Source: Candidatus Marinacidobacterales bacterium
Lineage (GTDB): Bacteria; Acidobacteriota; Vicinamibacteria; Marinacidobacterales; DATDRI01
Direction of reading: 5' to 3'
DNA length: 64,000 nucleotides
Assembly (NCBI GenBank): GCA_965219415.1
Contig: CBDCNP010000002.1
Location: 5,216,001-5,280,000, forward strand
The translations under genes were made by a program, and so were the position numbers. Below the pieces are notes generated by a model. That model had not been told where the DNA came from. It made no database searches and was given only the letters and a program-made list of their open reading frames with translations. Of this stretch, positions 10,333 to 21,513 are shown one piece after another (the first letter of the stretch is position 1; the number at the start of each line of letters is the position of its first letter).

Positions 10333-11175
10333 ATGTCCCGTTTCCGCCTGTTGGCGATTGATCTGGACGGCACTCTCCTCGACTCGCAACGAACCGTGCC
10401 AGAGGCCAATCGGCGTGCACTGGAACGAGCGCAGCGACAGGGAGTGAAGCTCGCGGTGGTCACGGGGCGTCGACTTCCCGCGACGCGGCCGTCTCTGGGT
10501 GGGCTGAGCCTCGAGATGACGATGGTCCTCAACGGAGGCGCTTTGATCAGCCAAAGTCTCGACGGGCCGATTTTGAAACGGAACCTGATGCCTCTGGCGC
10601 TAGGCAGGGAGGTTCTTGGGCTAGCACGTCGGGTCGGAGTCGCTCCCGTCGTGCACGATGGCCCTAACGGGGAAGGCCGCCTACTGATTCAGTCAGGGGC
10701 TCCCGTGAGTCGCTCGCTCGAACTCTACCTCGACAAGACGACGACGCCTCCTCCCGAATGGGTTCCGGACATCGCCGCGGTCCTCTCACGCGATCCTGTC
10801 CAAATCATGTTTGCCGGCACGGTCTCGGAGATTCGCGCCGCGGCCACCGTGCTCCAGGACGCATTCGGCGCCAGAATTAGTGTCGCTCGAACGGAGTACG
10901 AGGTTTCCGATTTTGCTCTGCTGGATGTTCTCGCACCGGGTGCCGGTAAAGCCGCGGCCCTCCGTTTCCTAGCGGCAGCGGAGGGCGTATCGTCCGACCA
11001 GATCATGGCGATCGGAGACAACTGGAACGATCTGGGAATGCTGGAGGCAGCGGGATTCGCGGTGGTGATGGCCAACGCAGCACCCGAGCTCCGTGCGCGC
11101 GGTTTCGCGGTTACCGGGAGCAACGACGAGGAGGGTGTAGCCCAGGCGATCGATCGATACGTTCTTGGTACTTAG
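10333..11175 (+). CDS. Cof-type HAD-IIB hydrolase
   Basis: DLDGTLL, VTGRR, GKAAAL, IGDNWNDLGML. Confidence 0.92.
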   Translation: MSRFRLLAIDLDGTLLDSQRTVPEANRRALERAQRQGVKLAVVTGRRLPATRPSLGGLSLEMTMVLNGGALISQSLDGPILKRNLMPLALGREVLGLARRVGVAPVVHDGPNGEGRLLIQSGAPVSRSLELYLDKTTTPPPEWVPDIAAVLSRDPVQIMFAGTVSEIRAAATVLQDAFGARISVARTEYEVSDFALLDVLAPGAGKAAALRFLAAAEGVSSDQIMAIGDNWNDLGMLEAAGFAVVMANAAPELRARGFAVTGSNDEEGVAQAIDRYVLGT

Positions 11176-11188
11176 CCAGTAACAATGC

Positions 11189-11218
11189 AAAAAAAAGGGG
11201 GGTGAGTTCATCACCCCC
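11189..11218 (-). terminator. Rho-independent terminator of the microprotein gene
   Basis: Minus strand reads GGGGGTGA-TGAAC-TCACCCCC followed by a T8 tract. Confidence 0.85.
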
Positions 11219-11244
11219 GCTCTCGGTACCCCTGAGAGAGTCAG

Positions 11245-11301
11245 TTACTTCTTTTTCTTGCTCGCCTTTTTCTTGGCAGCTTTCTTTCGACGTTTCGCCA
11301 T
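11245..11301 (-). CDS. 18-aa Lys/Arg/Ala-rich microprotein MAKRRKKAAKKKASKKKK (not in the ORF track)
   Basis: Translated by hand; SD GAGGAGG ends 8 nt before the ATG; terminator directly downstream; sigma70-type promoter upstream. Confidence 0.72.
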   Translation of the reverse strand: MAKRRKKAAKKKASKKKK

Positions 11302-11540
11302 AGTTTTCGCCTCCTCTCTATTTAGGGGTTAGGCATTGGTCGCGACGTGCGGCGCGAGCTGAAAAGTGAGCTTTCTTTCCGAAAACTATCATCATTTCAA
11401 CTTTTGCCATACGTCTCATGCCTGTCAGCTCCAGAACTCAAACTAACTGCACTTCGACCCTCCCCAAAGCCCCCCATTGGACCTCAAGGAAATCCGAACA
11501 ACTAGCAGTTGATTGAGCCTGAGCTTGACATACTAGATGT

Positions 11541-11569
11541 AGGATAAGGGGGCTCTCGGAACCTGTCAA
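11541..11569 (-). promoter_or_regulatory. Sigma70-type promoter directed at the microprotein gene
   Basis: TTGACA (11569-11564), 17-bp spacer, TATCCT (11546-11541). Confidence 0.6.
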
Positions 11570-11716
11570 GCATTTTTTGCACCTCGAGAGAATTGCGTCT
11601 TTGGATTGAGAGTCTTAGCCGAGTGGCGTTTTACGAAACGAGAAAAAAGCAGTAAAATAGAGGGTTGGGCTAGCCGGATCATTTTGTGGGGATAAAAAAG
11701 AGAAAATCGATGCTGG

Positions 11717-14083
<2,367 letters not shown>

Positions 14084-14115
14084 TGCGATCGTGAAGCTTG
14101 AACTATGATTAAAAG

Positions 14116-14439
14116 ATGTTGCCTATACTGATGGCCGCTGCGGGCGGCGACGGGCCCAGATTCACCGATCAGCTCATGCTGATCCTCATCATCTTCAGCA
14201 TCTTCTACTTCATCGTCTTCCGGCCGATGCGCAAGGGACAGAGGGAGGCCGAGGACATGCGATCGGGCTTGAAGAACGGCGATCGTATCGTGACCAGCGG
14301 CGGAGTCTACGGGACGGTCGTCGGTGTCTCTGAAAACGTCATTCAGCTTCGCATCGCCGACCAAGTAAAAATTCAGCTTGCTAAGTCTGCCGTGGCGCGT
14401 CGCGTCGAAGAATCGGCCGGCAAGGGATCCGGCGCGTAA
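14116..14439 (+). CDS. yajC: Preprotein translocase subunit YajC
   Basis: Single TM segment then LKNGDRIVTSGGVYGTV; lies between tgt and secD. Confidence 0.95.
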   Translation: MLPILMAAAGGDGPRFTDQLMLILIIFSIFYFIVFRPMRKGQREAEDMRSGLKNGDRIVTSGGVYGTVVGVSENVIQLRIADQVKIQLAKSAVARRVEESAGKGSGA

Positions 14440-14465
14440 CCGGATCCACGGAGAGTTAGCATCCC

Positions 14466-15992
14466 ATGAGAAAAAACATGAAGTGGAAGGCGGCCCTCAT
14501 CGCCCTGGTGGTGGTGGTCTTCGGTTTATCGATGACCCCGCCCGAGGAGAAGATCAAGCTCGGCCTCGATCTTCGAGGGGGTATCCATCTCATCATGAAG
14601 GTCAACACGATAGACGCATTGGTGGCGGTGACCAATGAGACGGTGGACGCGCTCGGCTCCTTGCTCGACGAGGACAGCATCTTCTTCGACAACGTCGAGT
14701 CCGACGATCCGGGCAGCGTTCGAGTGGTCGGCCTCGACGTCAACAAGGATCAAGAGTTTCGGGCCTTGGTCGAAACCAATCTACCGAGCTGGGATCCGAC
14801 GCGACCCGAGCCGGGGGTGTGGGAACTCCGCATGCGGCCCGCCGATCTCAATCGGAATCGAGAGGAAACGGTCACCCAAGCGATCGAGACCATCCGGCGA
14901 AGAGTCGATGGGCTTGGGGTGGCGGAGCCGGTCATTGCACCGCACGGAGATCGAGGGGACCAGATTTTGGTTCAACTGCCGGGCTACGACGACGTAGCCA
15001 ACGCCAAGACGGTCATACGGGAGACGGCAAAGCTAGACCTCAAGCTCGTTCGGTCGCTAGCGACCGAGGACCAAGTAGCGCTCCCGGGTATGGAGGTACT
15101 TCCCGGCAGAGTCGAGCCCGATGGCACTGGTGTCTGGTACATGGTGGAAAAGGTGCCCATCATTACCGGGCGCGACCTGAAGAACGCTCGGCAGTCCATT
15201 GACTTCGAGACCAACACGCCGAACGTCTCCTTCACCCTGAAACCGGAGGGAGCCAACAAGTTTCGTCGTGCAACACAAGAAAACGTCGGTCGACAGCTGG
15301 CGATCATCCTCGACGACAAAGTATTCTCGGCGCCGGTCATTCAATCGGCGATCTGGGATCAGGGGCAGATCACCGGCCAGTTCACGCTGGAAGAGGCTCA
15401 GAATCTGGCGCTTACTTTGAGGTCGGGCGCCCTGCCCGCTTCCCTGGAGTATCAAGAAGAGCGCACCGTCGGACCCAGTCTGGGCGCCGATTCCATTCGC
15501 AGCGGCGTCTTGGCTTCGGCGATCGGACTAGCGGGCGTCATCCTGTTCATCCCCTTTTACTATCGGCTCTCCGGCATCAACGCAGTCGTGGCACTGTTGC
15601 TGAACCTCCTCATGCTGCTCGGGGCCATGGCTTACTTCGCAGCCACGCTGACGCTGCCCGGTGTCGCGGGGGTCATTTTGACCATTGGCATCGGCGTCGA
15701 CTCCAATGTGCTCATCTTCGAGCGCATCAAAGAAGAGATGCGGGGTGGAAAGACGCCTCGGACGGCGATTTCCGCCGGGTTCAGTAAAGTTTTCTGGACG
15801 ATCTTCGACACCCATCTCACTAGCCTGGTGGCGGCTGCCATCCTCTTCCAGTTCGGGACTGGTCCGGTGCAAGGCTTTGCGGTTACGCTCAGCATCGGTT
15901 TGATGGCCAACGTTTTCACCGCTATCTTCGTCTCACGCTTCATTTTCGACCTCGTCTTAGGACGCCGACAGGTCGAAGCGCTGTCCATTTAG
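14466..15992 (+). CDS. secD: Protein translocase subunit SecD
   Basis: LGLDLRGG, RRVDGLGVAEP, VGPSLG, VDSNVLIFERIKEE. Confidence 0.97.
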   Translation: MRKNMKWKAALIALVVVVFGLSMTPPEEKIKLGLDLRGGIHLIMKVNTIDALVAVTNETVDALGSLLDEDSIFFDNVESDDPGSVRVVGLDVNKDQEFRALVETNLPSWDPTRPEPGVWELRMRPADLNRNREETVTQAIETIRRRVDGLGVAEPVIAPHGDRGDQILVQLPGYDDVANAKTVIRETAKLDLKLVRSLATEDQVALPGMEVLPGRVEPDGTGVWYMVEKVPIITGRDLKNARQSIDFETNTPNVSFTLKPEGANKFRRATQENVGRQLAIILDDKVFSAPVIQSAIWDQGQITGQFTLEEAQNLALTLRSGALPASLEYQEERTVGPSLGADSIRSGVLASAIGLAGVILFIPFYYRLSGINAVVALLLNLLMLLGAMAYFAATLTLPGVAGVILTIGIGVDSNVLIFERIKEEMRGGKTPRTAISAGFSKVFWTIFDTHLTSLVAAAILFQFGTGPVQGFAVTLSIGLMANVFTAIFVSRFIFDLVLGRRQVEALSI

Positions 15993-16004
15993 GCAGGAAG
16001 TTTC

Positions 16005-16958
16005 ATGGATATTCTCCGCGACACCGACATCAATTGGTTGAAGTACCGTTGGTACTTCATCTTCTTCTCGTTCCTCGTCTTTCTGGCGGGAGCGTTCAAC
16101 ATCTATCGCGCCGGCGGCCTGCGCTTCGGCATCGACTTCTCGGAAGGCACCATCGTCTACGCGAAGTTCGAGAATACACCGCAAGTCGACTCCATCCGGA
16201 AGGCGCTCGGCGGTTCCGGGTTGGGCGAAGCCGTCATCCAGCGCTACGACAACCCCAACCTGAATCAGGTCATGATTCGGATGGAGCGTGACGCCCAGCA
16301 AACCGGTGAGCTCGATACGACAGCAAATCAGATCCTGACTACCCTCAAAGAGCAGTACCCGGAGAACACCCTCATCGACTCCAGCACCGAGATCGTAGGG
16401 CCGGTGGTGGGGCAAGAGCTTCGCCGCAAGGCTCGCAACGCAACCATCCTCGCGCTGATAGCCATGCTGGTTTACATCGGATTTCGTTTCGAGTTCATCT
16501 ATGGGGTCGGGGCAACCATCGCCGTGATGCATGATGTGCTACTCACCGTGGGGCTGGTCTCGATCTTCGGGTACGAAATAAGCTTGAACGTGATCGCGGC
16601 GTTCCTGACGTTGGTGGGTTATTCGGTTAACGACACGATCGTCATCTTCGACCGGGTGCGGGAGAATCGGCGGCTTCTGCGCCGCAGGTCGCTCGACGAA
16701 ATCATCAATCTCTCCATTAACCAAACCCTCCGAAGAACCGTGCTCACTTCGGGGATTACGTTCATCACCGTGGCCAGCCTGTACGTGCTCGGCGGCGAAG
16801 TCTTGCGTTCGTTCTCTTTCGTGCTGGTCGCGGGCATCATCGTGGGAACCTATTCCTCGATAGCCGTTGCTTCGCCGATCGTGAGCTGGTGGCGGAAGTT
16901 CCGGGAGAAGCGTTCTCCCCATAGAGCGAAGGCGTCGGCCGGGGCCGCCCGCGCCTAG
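16005..16958 (+). CDS. secF: Protein translocase subunit SecF
   Basis: GIDFSEG, VGPVVG, GYSVNDTIVIFDRVRE. Confidence 0.97.
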   Translation: MDILRDTDINWLKYRWYFIFFSFLVFLAGAFNIYRAGGLRFGIDFSEGTIVYAKFENTPQVDSIRKALGGSGLGEAVIQRYDNPNLNQVMIRMERDAQQTGELDTTANQILTTLKEQYPENTLIDSSTEIVGPVVGQELRRKARNATILALIAMLVYIGFRFEFIYGVGATIAVMHDVLLTVGLVSIFGYEISLNVIAAFLTLVGYSVNDTIVIFDRVRENRRLLRRRSLDEIINLSINQTLRRTVLTSGITFITVASLYVLGGEVLRSFSFVLVAGIIVGTYSSIAVASPIVSWWRKFREKRSPHRAKASAGAARA

Positions 16959-17225
16959 CTGGGCGAGTTATCCCCCAACCCTTTGGGGGCTTCGTTGGCT
17001 TTACCGGGCTTGACGGCCCGGGGAAGGGGCCCGGTACGCCGCTCACAACCCCGCCCCCCTGAGGAATGGACGTTTGGCCTTCGCTTTGAAAACACCATGA
17101 GTGACTTTCAACCAGTTCTAGCCGCCCGTCCTAATTTCAATTTGCAATAGTTCGATTGCCTTTTTAGAAATCCTTGCATACAATCCCCTGGCCGCGAAGC
17201 ATGGCATCGGATGAAGCCAAAACGC

Positions 17226-17254
17226 TTGACAGCGCCACCGGTCGAAGCTAGCAT
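17226..17254 (+). promoter_or_regulatory. Sigma70-type promoter upstream of the tonB operon
   Basis: TTGACA, 17-bp spacer, TAGCAT. Confidence 0.55.
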
Positions 17255-17625
17255 TAGCGGCTCACAGGGCTAGGGTGGTCCCCAAACCACGCCCACAATT
17301 TGACGTGAGGCTTTAATCGTTGTAAGCATAGGCAGTCCGGGGGCCTTTCCCGGCACGGTCCCATCCGACCGAGGCATTGAGAGATGATCGATCCTGTTTC
17401 GCCCGTCTTGCCCGTAAGTGGAGCACGGGTTGTCCGGTCGATGCCATCCATCGTACCCTCCGAAGCATCGGGAACCCTTTTCCCCCATTCGGTGTCTAAT
17501 GGGGTGCCCTCGCTTTACCAAGTCCTTGGCCTGGGGCGAAGCCAGGCAAGGCCTGGATTTCTGAGGGGAGGTCGGAATTGATCATCACCGGCCCCTCGAG
17601 ATTCGAGAAAGGAGCATAGAAGCCC

Positions 17626-18348
17626 GTGCCCGAAGAAATGATGAAGTTTCTGGTGGACTCCTCTCAGGAGAGGAGATCGATGGGGAGGTCGACGGCGAGC
17701 TTTATGACCTCCTTCTTTATTCAAACCGTCATTCTCTCCGCCCTTATCCTCATTCCGCTGCTGGCAACCGACGCGCTGCCCACACCGCAAGGAATCATGA
17801 CCTTCATGGCCGCAGCGCCACCACCCCCGCCGCCACCACCCCCGCCACCGCCGGCGGTAAAGAAGCGGCGTCGGCCGACCGCGCCCAAACCGGTACTCAG
17901 CGCCACCCCCAAATTCGTGGCTCCGGTCGAGATCCCAGATGATATCGGATTAGGGGACGACTTCGGCGTGCCGGGTGGCGTGGAAGGTGGCGTCCCGGGC
18001 GGAGTGCTCGGCGGCATCGTGGGCGGTCTTCCCGATGCTCCGGCCATCGACACCTCGCAGCCGGTGCGAGTGGGCGGCGACATCAAGCCGCCCAAGAAGG
18101 TCAAAGATGCGAACCCGGTCTACCCAGACATCGCAAGGCAGGCCCGTGTTCAAGGAATCGTCATCTTGGAAGCGATTATCGATCCATCAGGCAACGTCAC
18201 GAACGTGCGCGTTCTGCGGTCCATCCCCCTGCTGGATCAGTCGGCCATCCAAGCGGTGAAGCAATGGAAGTACGAGCCGACGAGGCTGAATGGCGTGCCA
18301 GTCCCCATCGTCATGACGGTGACCGTTAATTTCGCTCTGCAGAGTTAA
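17626..18348 (+). CDS. tonB: Energy transducer TonB
   Basis: N-terminal TM, poly-Pro tract, GGVPGG repeats, TonB_C domain (PVYPDIARQARVQGIV). Confidence 0.92.
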   Translation: MPEEMMKFLVDSSQERRSMGRSTASFMTSFFIQTVILSALILIPLLATDALPTPQGIMTFMAAAPPPPPPPPPPPPAVKKRRRPTAPKPVLSATPKFVAPVEIPDDIGLGDDFGVPGGVEGGVPGGVLGGIVGGLPDAPAIDTSQPVRVGGDIKPPKKVKDANPVYPDIARQARVQGIVILEAIIDPSGNVTNVRVLRSIPLLDQSAIQAVKQWKYEPTRLNGVPVPIVMTVTVNFALQS

Positions 18349-18394
18349 AACGAGCTGATTTCGTAATTCAAAGTCCCCAACCGAGGAGGAGAAC

Positions 18395-19072
18395 ATGCAG
18401 TTTGGAGTGATTGAGATGATTCAAGCGATGGGTCCGGCGGCAATCGCCACCAACGTCATCTTGCTGATCATGTCCATGTACTCGATCGGCCTCATGATCG
18501 AGCGGGCGTGGGCGTTTCATCAGGCTAAGACTCAGTCCCGCGTCTACGCGCCTCAGGTCGCCAAGTTCCTGAAGGACGGCAAGATCACCGACGCCATCAA
18601 GCTCAGCGGTAAGAAGGACCACCGTTATAGCCACCTGGCCAAAGTTCTCTTGGCCGGGCTGCAGGAATACCAGTTCCAGCAGGAAAGTGGTGGAACGAGC
18701 CGCGAGGACATGATGGAAGCTGCGCACCGGGCCATCGAGCGGGCCACCGCCGTGAACCTCGCCGATCTCAAGCGGGGACTATCCGGACTGGCCACCATCG
18801 GCGCGACCGCCCCTTTCGTGGGACTGTTCGGTACCGTGGTCGGCATCATCAACGCCTTTCAGGGGATTGCCATGGCCGGATCCGGTGGTATCGGCGCCGT
18901 CTCGGCCGGTATCTCCGAGGCTCTGGTCGCGACCGCTTTCGGTCTCTTCGTGGCCGTGCCCGCGGTGTGGTCCTTCAACTATTTCGTCACCCGGATCGAG
19001 GGCTTCACGGTCGAGATGGACAACAGCTCGTCCGAGCTCATCGACTACATGGCCAAGAGAGCCACGGGCTAA
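18395..19072 (+). CDS. exbB: MotA/TolQ/ExbB proton channel protein
   Basis: ATIGATAPFVGLFGTVVGII and GISEALVATAFGL motifs. Confidence 0.92.
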   Translation: MQFGVIEMIQAMGPAAIATNVILLIMSMYSIGLMIERAWAFHQAKTQSRVYAPQVAKFLKDGKITDAIKLSGKKDHRYSHLAKVLLAGLQEYQFQQESGGTSREDMMEAAHRAIERATAVNLADLKRGLSGLATIGATAPFVGLFGTVVGIINAFQGIAMAGSGGIGAVSAGISEALVATAFGLFVAVPAVWSFNYFVTRIEGFTVEMDNSSSELIDYMAKRATG

Positions 19073-19104
19073 GCCCCCTTTTCTCAGAGGAGGATATATA
19101 ACCC

Positions 19105-19530
19105 ATGGGTATGAGTGGCGGAGGCAAAGGAACGCTCAACAGCAATATCAACGTCACGCCGCTGGTTGACGTAATGCTGGTATTGCTCATCATCTTCATG
19201 GTGATAACCCCAATGCTGCAGAAGGGCGTCGACGTCAAGCTCCCTATCGCGGAGTATCCGACCGACCATCCCGACGACGAAAGCGTGGTTACCCTGGCGG
19301 TCACGCGGGATCGAACCCTGCATCTCGATATGATCCCAGTGCCCAGGGCCGAGCTCGTGACCAAGATTCGAGAGAAGTTCGGCGCCCGTGCCGAGAAAGT
19401 GCTGTTCTTGAAGGCCGACGAATCTCTTGAGTACGGCACCGTCTTGGAGGTCATGGACATCGTTCGCGACGGCGGCGTCGAGGAGATCGCGCTCATCACC
19501 GACGTGAAGGCTGGCGCAGGCGGCCGCTAA
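19105..19530 (+). CDS. exbD: ExbD/TolR family protein
   Basis: INVTPLVDVMLVLLIIFMV. Confidence 0.92.
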   Translation: MGMSGGGKGTLNSNINVTPLVDVMLVLLIIFMVITPMLQKGVDVKLPIAEYPTDHPDDESVVTLAVTRDRTLHLDMIPVPRAELVTKIREKFGARAEKVLFLKADESLEYGTVLEVMDIVRDGGVEEIALITDVKAGAGGR

Positions 19531-19569
19531 GGTCGCCTCGCTTTTTTTACACAAAGGGAGAAACGTCTT

Positions 19570-19983
19570 ATGGCGATGGCATCAGGCGGGGCCGACGGCC
19601 CCAGTTCAGACATCAATGTCACTCCCCTCATCGACGTGATGCTCGTGCTACTCATCATTTTTATGGTGGTTACGCCGCTCACACAGAAGGGGCTGGACGT
19701 GGAGTTACCGGAGTCTGAAGACAACGTCGTTCAAGAGCAACAGGAGCCAAACCCCGATCAACTGGTTCTCGACATCGACGCGGATCTGCAGCTTACCATC
19801 AACCGGCAACCGCTCACTCGAGAAGAGCTTCCCTTCAGGATAAGGGACATCTTCGAGACCCGTAGCGACAAGACCATTTTCCTTCGCGCCGCGCCTACCA
19901 TCACCTATGGCCAGGTGGTGGACGTTTTGGACGTCGCCAGGGGCAATGGCGTCGAACGGGTTGGAATCGTACCGCCTCAGTAA
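19570..19983 (+). CDS. exbD: ExbD/TolR family protein (second paralog)
   Basis: INVTPLIDVMLVLLIIFMV. Confidence 0.92.
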   Translation: MAMASGGADGPSSDINVTPLIDVMLVLLIIFMVVTPLTQKGLDVELPESEDNVVQEQQEPNPDQLVLDIDADLQLTINRQPLTREELPFRIRDIFETRSDKTIFLRAAPTITYGQVVDVLDVARGNGVERVGIVPPQ

Positions 19984-20165
19984 CTCTGGAGTTTCAGTCT
20001 CGCCGGCGGTCTGTGCTTCCGGCTCCGACCAGACGTCGCGGCGGTGAGCAGGGCTAGCCGGAAGAGAAACTTCTTCTGGGACCTACCCAGCTAGTTCTAG
20101 TGCCGTTCTTCCAGCCAACCCTGCTTAATCAGACGTCGTGGGCGAATATCAAAGTTGGACCGGTA

Positions 20166-21158
20166 CTAGGAGGTCTCCTCCGCAGCGACTGCCGTTGTCA
20201 CTGCCTCTTCCTGGGCCCTCTTGACGTCCAACGCATGATCACGTAACGCGTTCGCCTGCTCCTCTAGCTCGGCCCTTCTCCTAGCATTCGGCTCGATCTT
20301 CGCTTCCTCGCGGAGCAACAGGTTCTTGTAGATAAGCGCGTCGACGTACTGCTGGTTGAGCTCCAAGGCCTTGTCGAGCTCCTCCTGCCCCAGAGCAATG
20401 TACTCTTTCCTCTGCGTGTTCGTTAGGTCCGGATCGCGGTACACCTTGTCCCAGTAGTGCGTGGCGACGATGTAGTAGCCCTCGGGATCGCTGGGGTTGA
20501 CGTCCCGGGCCCTGCGCTGCCACTGCATGGTCTCGTCGAACCGACCGTACTTGTTCAGCAGGGCCGCTACGTGCCGATATCCCACCGGATCCTCTGGGCT
20601 CTTCGCCACCGGCTGCTGATACGCCTCGACGGCCTTTTCGAGAAGCGGCAGTTCCACCGGATCGTCGAAGCGCTCGTATAGATCACCGAGAGCGTAGTAC
20701 CGTTCCGGCCTTTCCGGATCCAGCTCGATGAGCTTGATGTAAATCTCTTCGGCAACCAGGAAATCGTCCAAGATGTCGCGGTAGATGGCGCCCAACTGCT
20801 CGTAGGCATACTGCCGAATGGGATTCCCCTCTTCCGCAATATCCAAGGATTTCTCGTAAAGCTCGATGGCCTTTTCCAGATGGGCATCATTCTCGAAATC
20901 GTCCTTACGCGTCGGTCGGTAGATCAAGTGATGCGAACTACCCAGATAAAACTGGGCAGGCACGATCACGCGCGGATCCCCCTCGGGGTCCAGCTCGAGC
21001 ACCCGATTGTATTTCTCGATGGCCGCCTCGTAGTCTTTGGCACCGTATGCACCGTTGGCTTCTTTGAATGCTTGCCGCGCCTTGAGCATGTTGCAGCCGC
21101 CGGTTGCCAGAGCAGCAACCACGATGACTCCCACGACGTAACCGCGTTGGGTGTTCAT
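20166..21158 (-). CDS. TPR-repeat lipoprotein
   Basis: Signal peptide ending ATGGC followed by several TPR-like helical repeats. Confidence 0.82.
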   Translation of the reverse strand: MNTQRGYVVGVIVVAALATGGCNMLKARQAFKEANGAYGAKDYEAAIEKYNRVLELDPEGDPRVIVPAQFYLGSSHHLIYRPTRKDDFENDAHLEKAIELYEKSLDIAEEGNPIRQYAYEQLGAIYRDILDDFLVAEEIYIKLIELDPERPERYYALGDLYERFDDPVELPLLEKAVEAYQQPVAKSPEDPVGYRHVAALLNKYGRFDETMQWQRRARDVNPSDPEGYYIVATHYWDKVYRDPDLTNTQRKEYIALGQEELDKALELNQQYVDALIYKNLLLREEAKIEPNARRRAELEEQANALRDHALDVKRAQEEAVTTAVAAEETS

Positions 21159-21203
21159 GTCCGTATCCTCCTTATTCTAATGGCCTTACGAAAACCGGGG
21201 CGT

Positions 21204-21232
21204 ATTATATTACGCGATTTTCGGCAAGTCAA
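21204..21232 (-). promoter_or_regulatory. Near-consensus sigma70 promoter of the TPR lipoprotein gene
   Basis: TTGACT, 17-bp spacer, TATAAT. Confidence 0.75.
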
Positions 21233-21354
21233 GAGAAGGACACGCCGTTTCGCCGTGTCGAACAGCGCGAGGCGTTCGGTACCTTCAAAACATGCATCAA
21301 TGTGGCGGAGCCCCACACGGCCGTCCCTTCGCTCGCTCTTTCAACTGCGGCCTC

Positions 21355-21435
21355 ACTCCTCTATGAGTGGCGCGGGGCCCCACCCCCACCGTTGTCCCTT
21401 CGCCGGTGGCGGCTTCGGGACAGCTGAAGGCTCCT
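21355..21435 (-). repeat. REP-like intergenic repeat copy
   Basis: Reverse complement contains GGTGGGGGTGGGGCCCCGCGCCACT plus the GACAGCTGAAGGCTCC module. Confidence 0.7.
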
Positions 21436-21513
21436 TAGGTTGATCCGCTAGTCCAGCCGACCTATGATGGAGGAAGGCAAACCCTTTGGGTCTAGGAGTT
21501 TGCCCCCTCCGAC

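Noticed and set aside
17820-17855. CCG/CCA nucleotide repeat
   Set aside because: It encodes the normal poly-proline tract of TonB.
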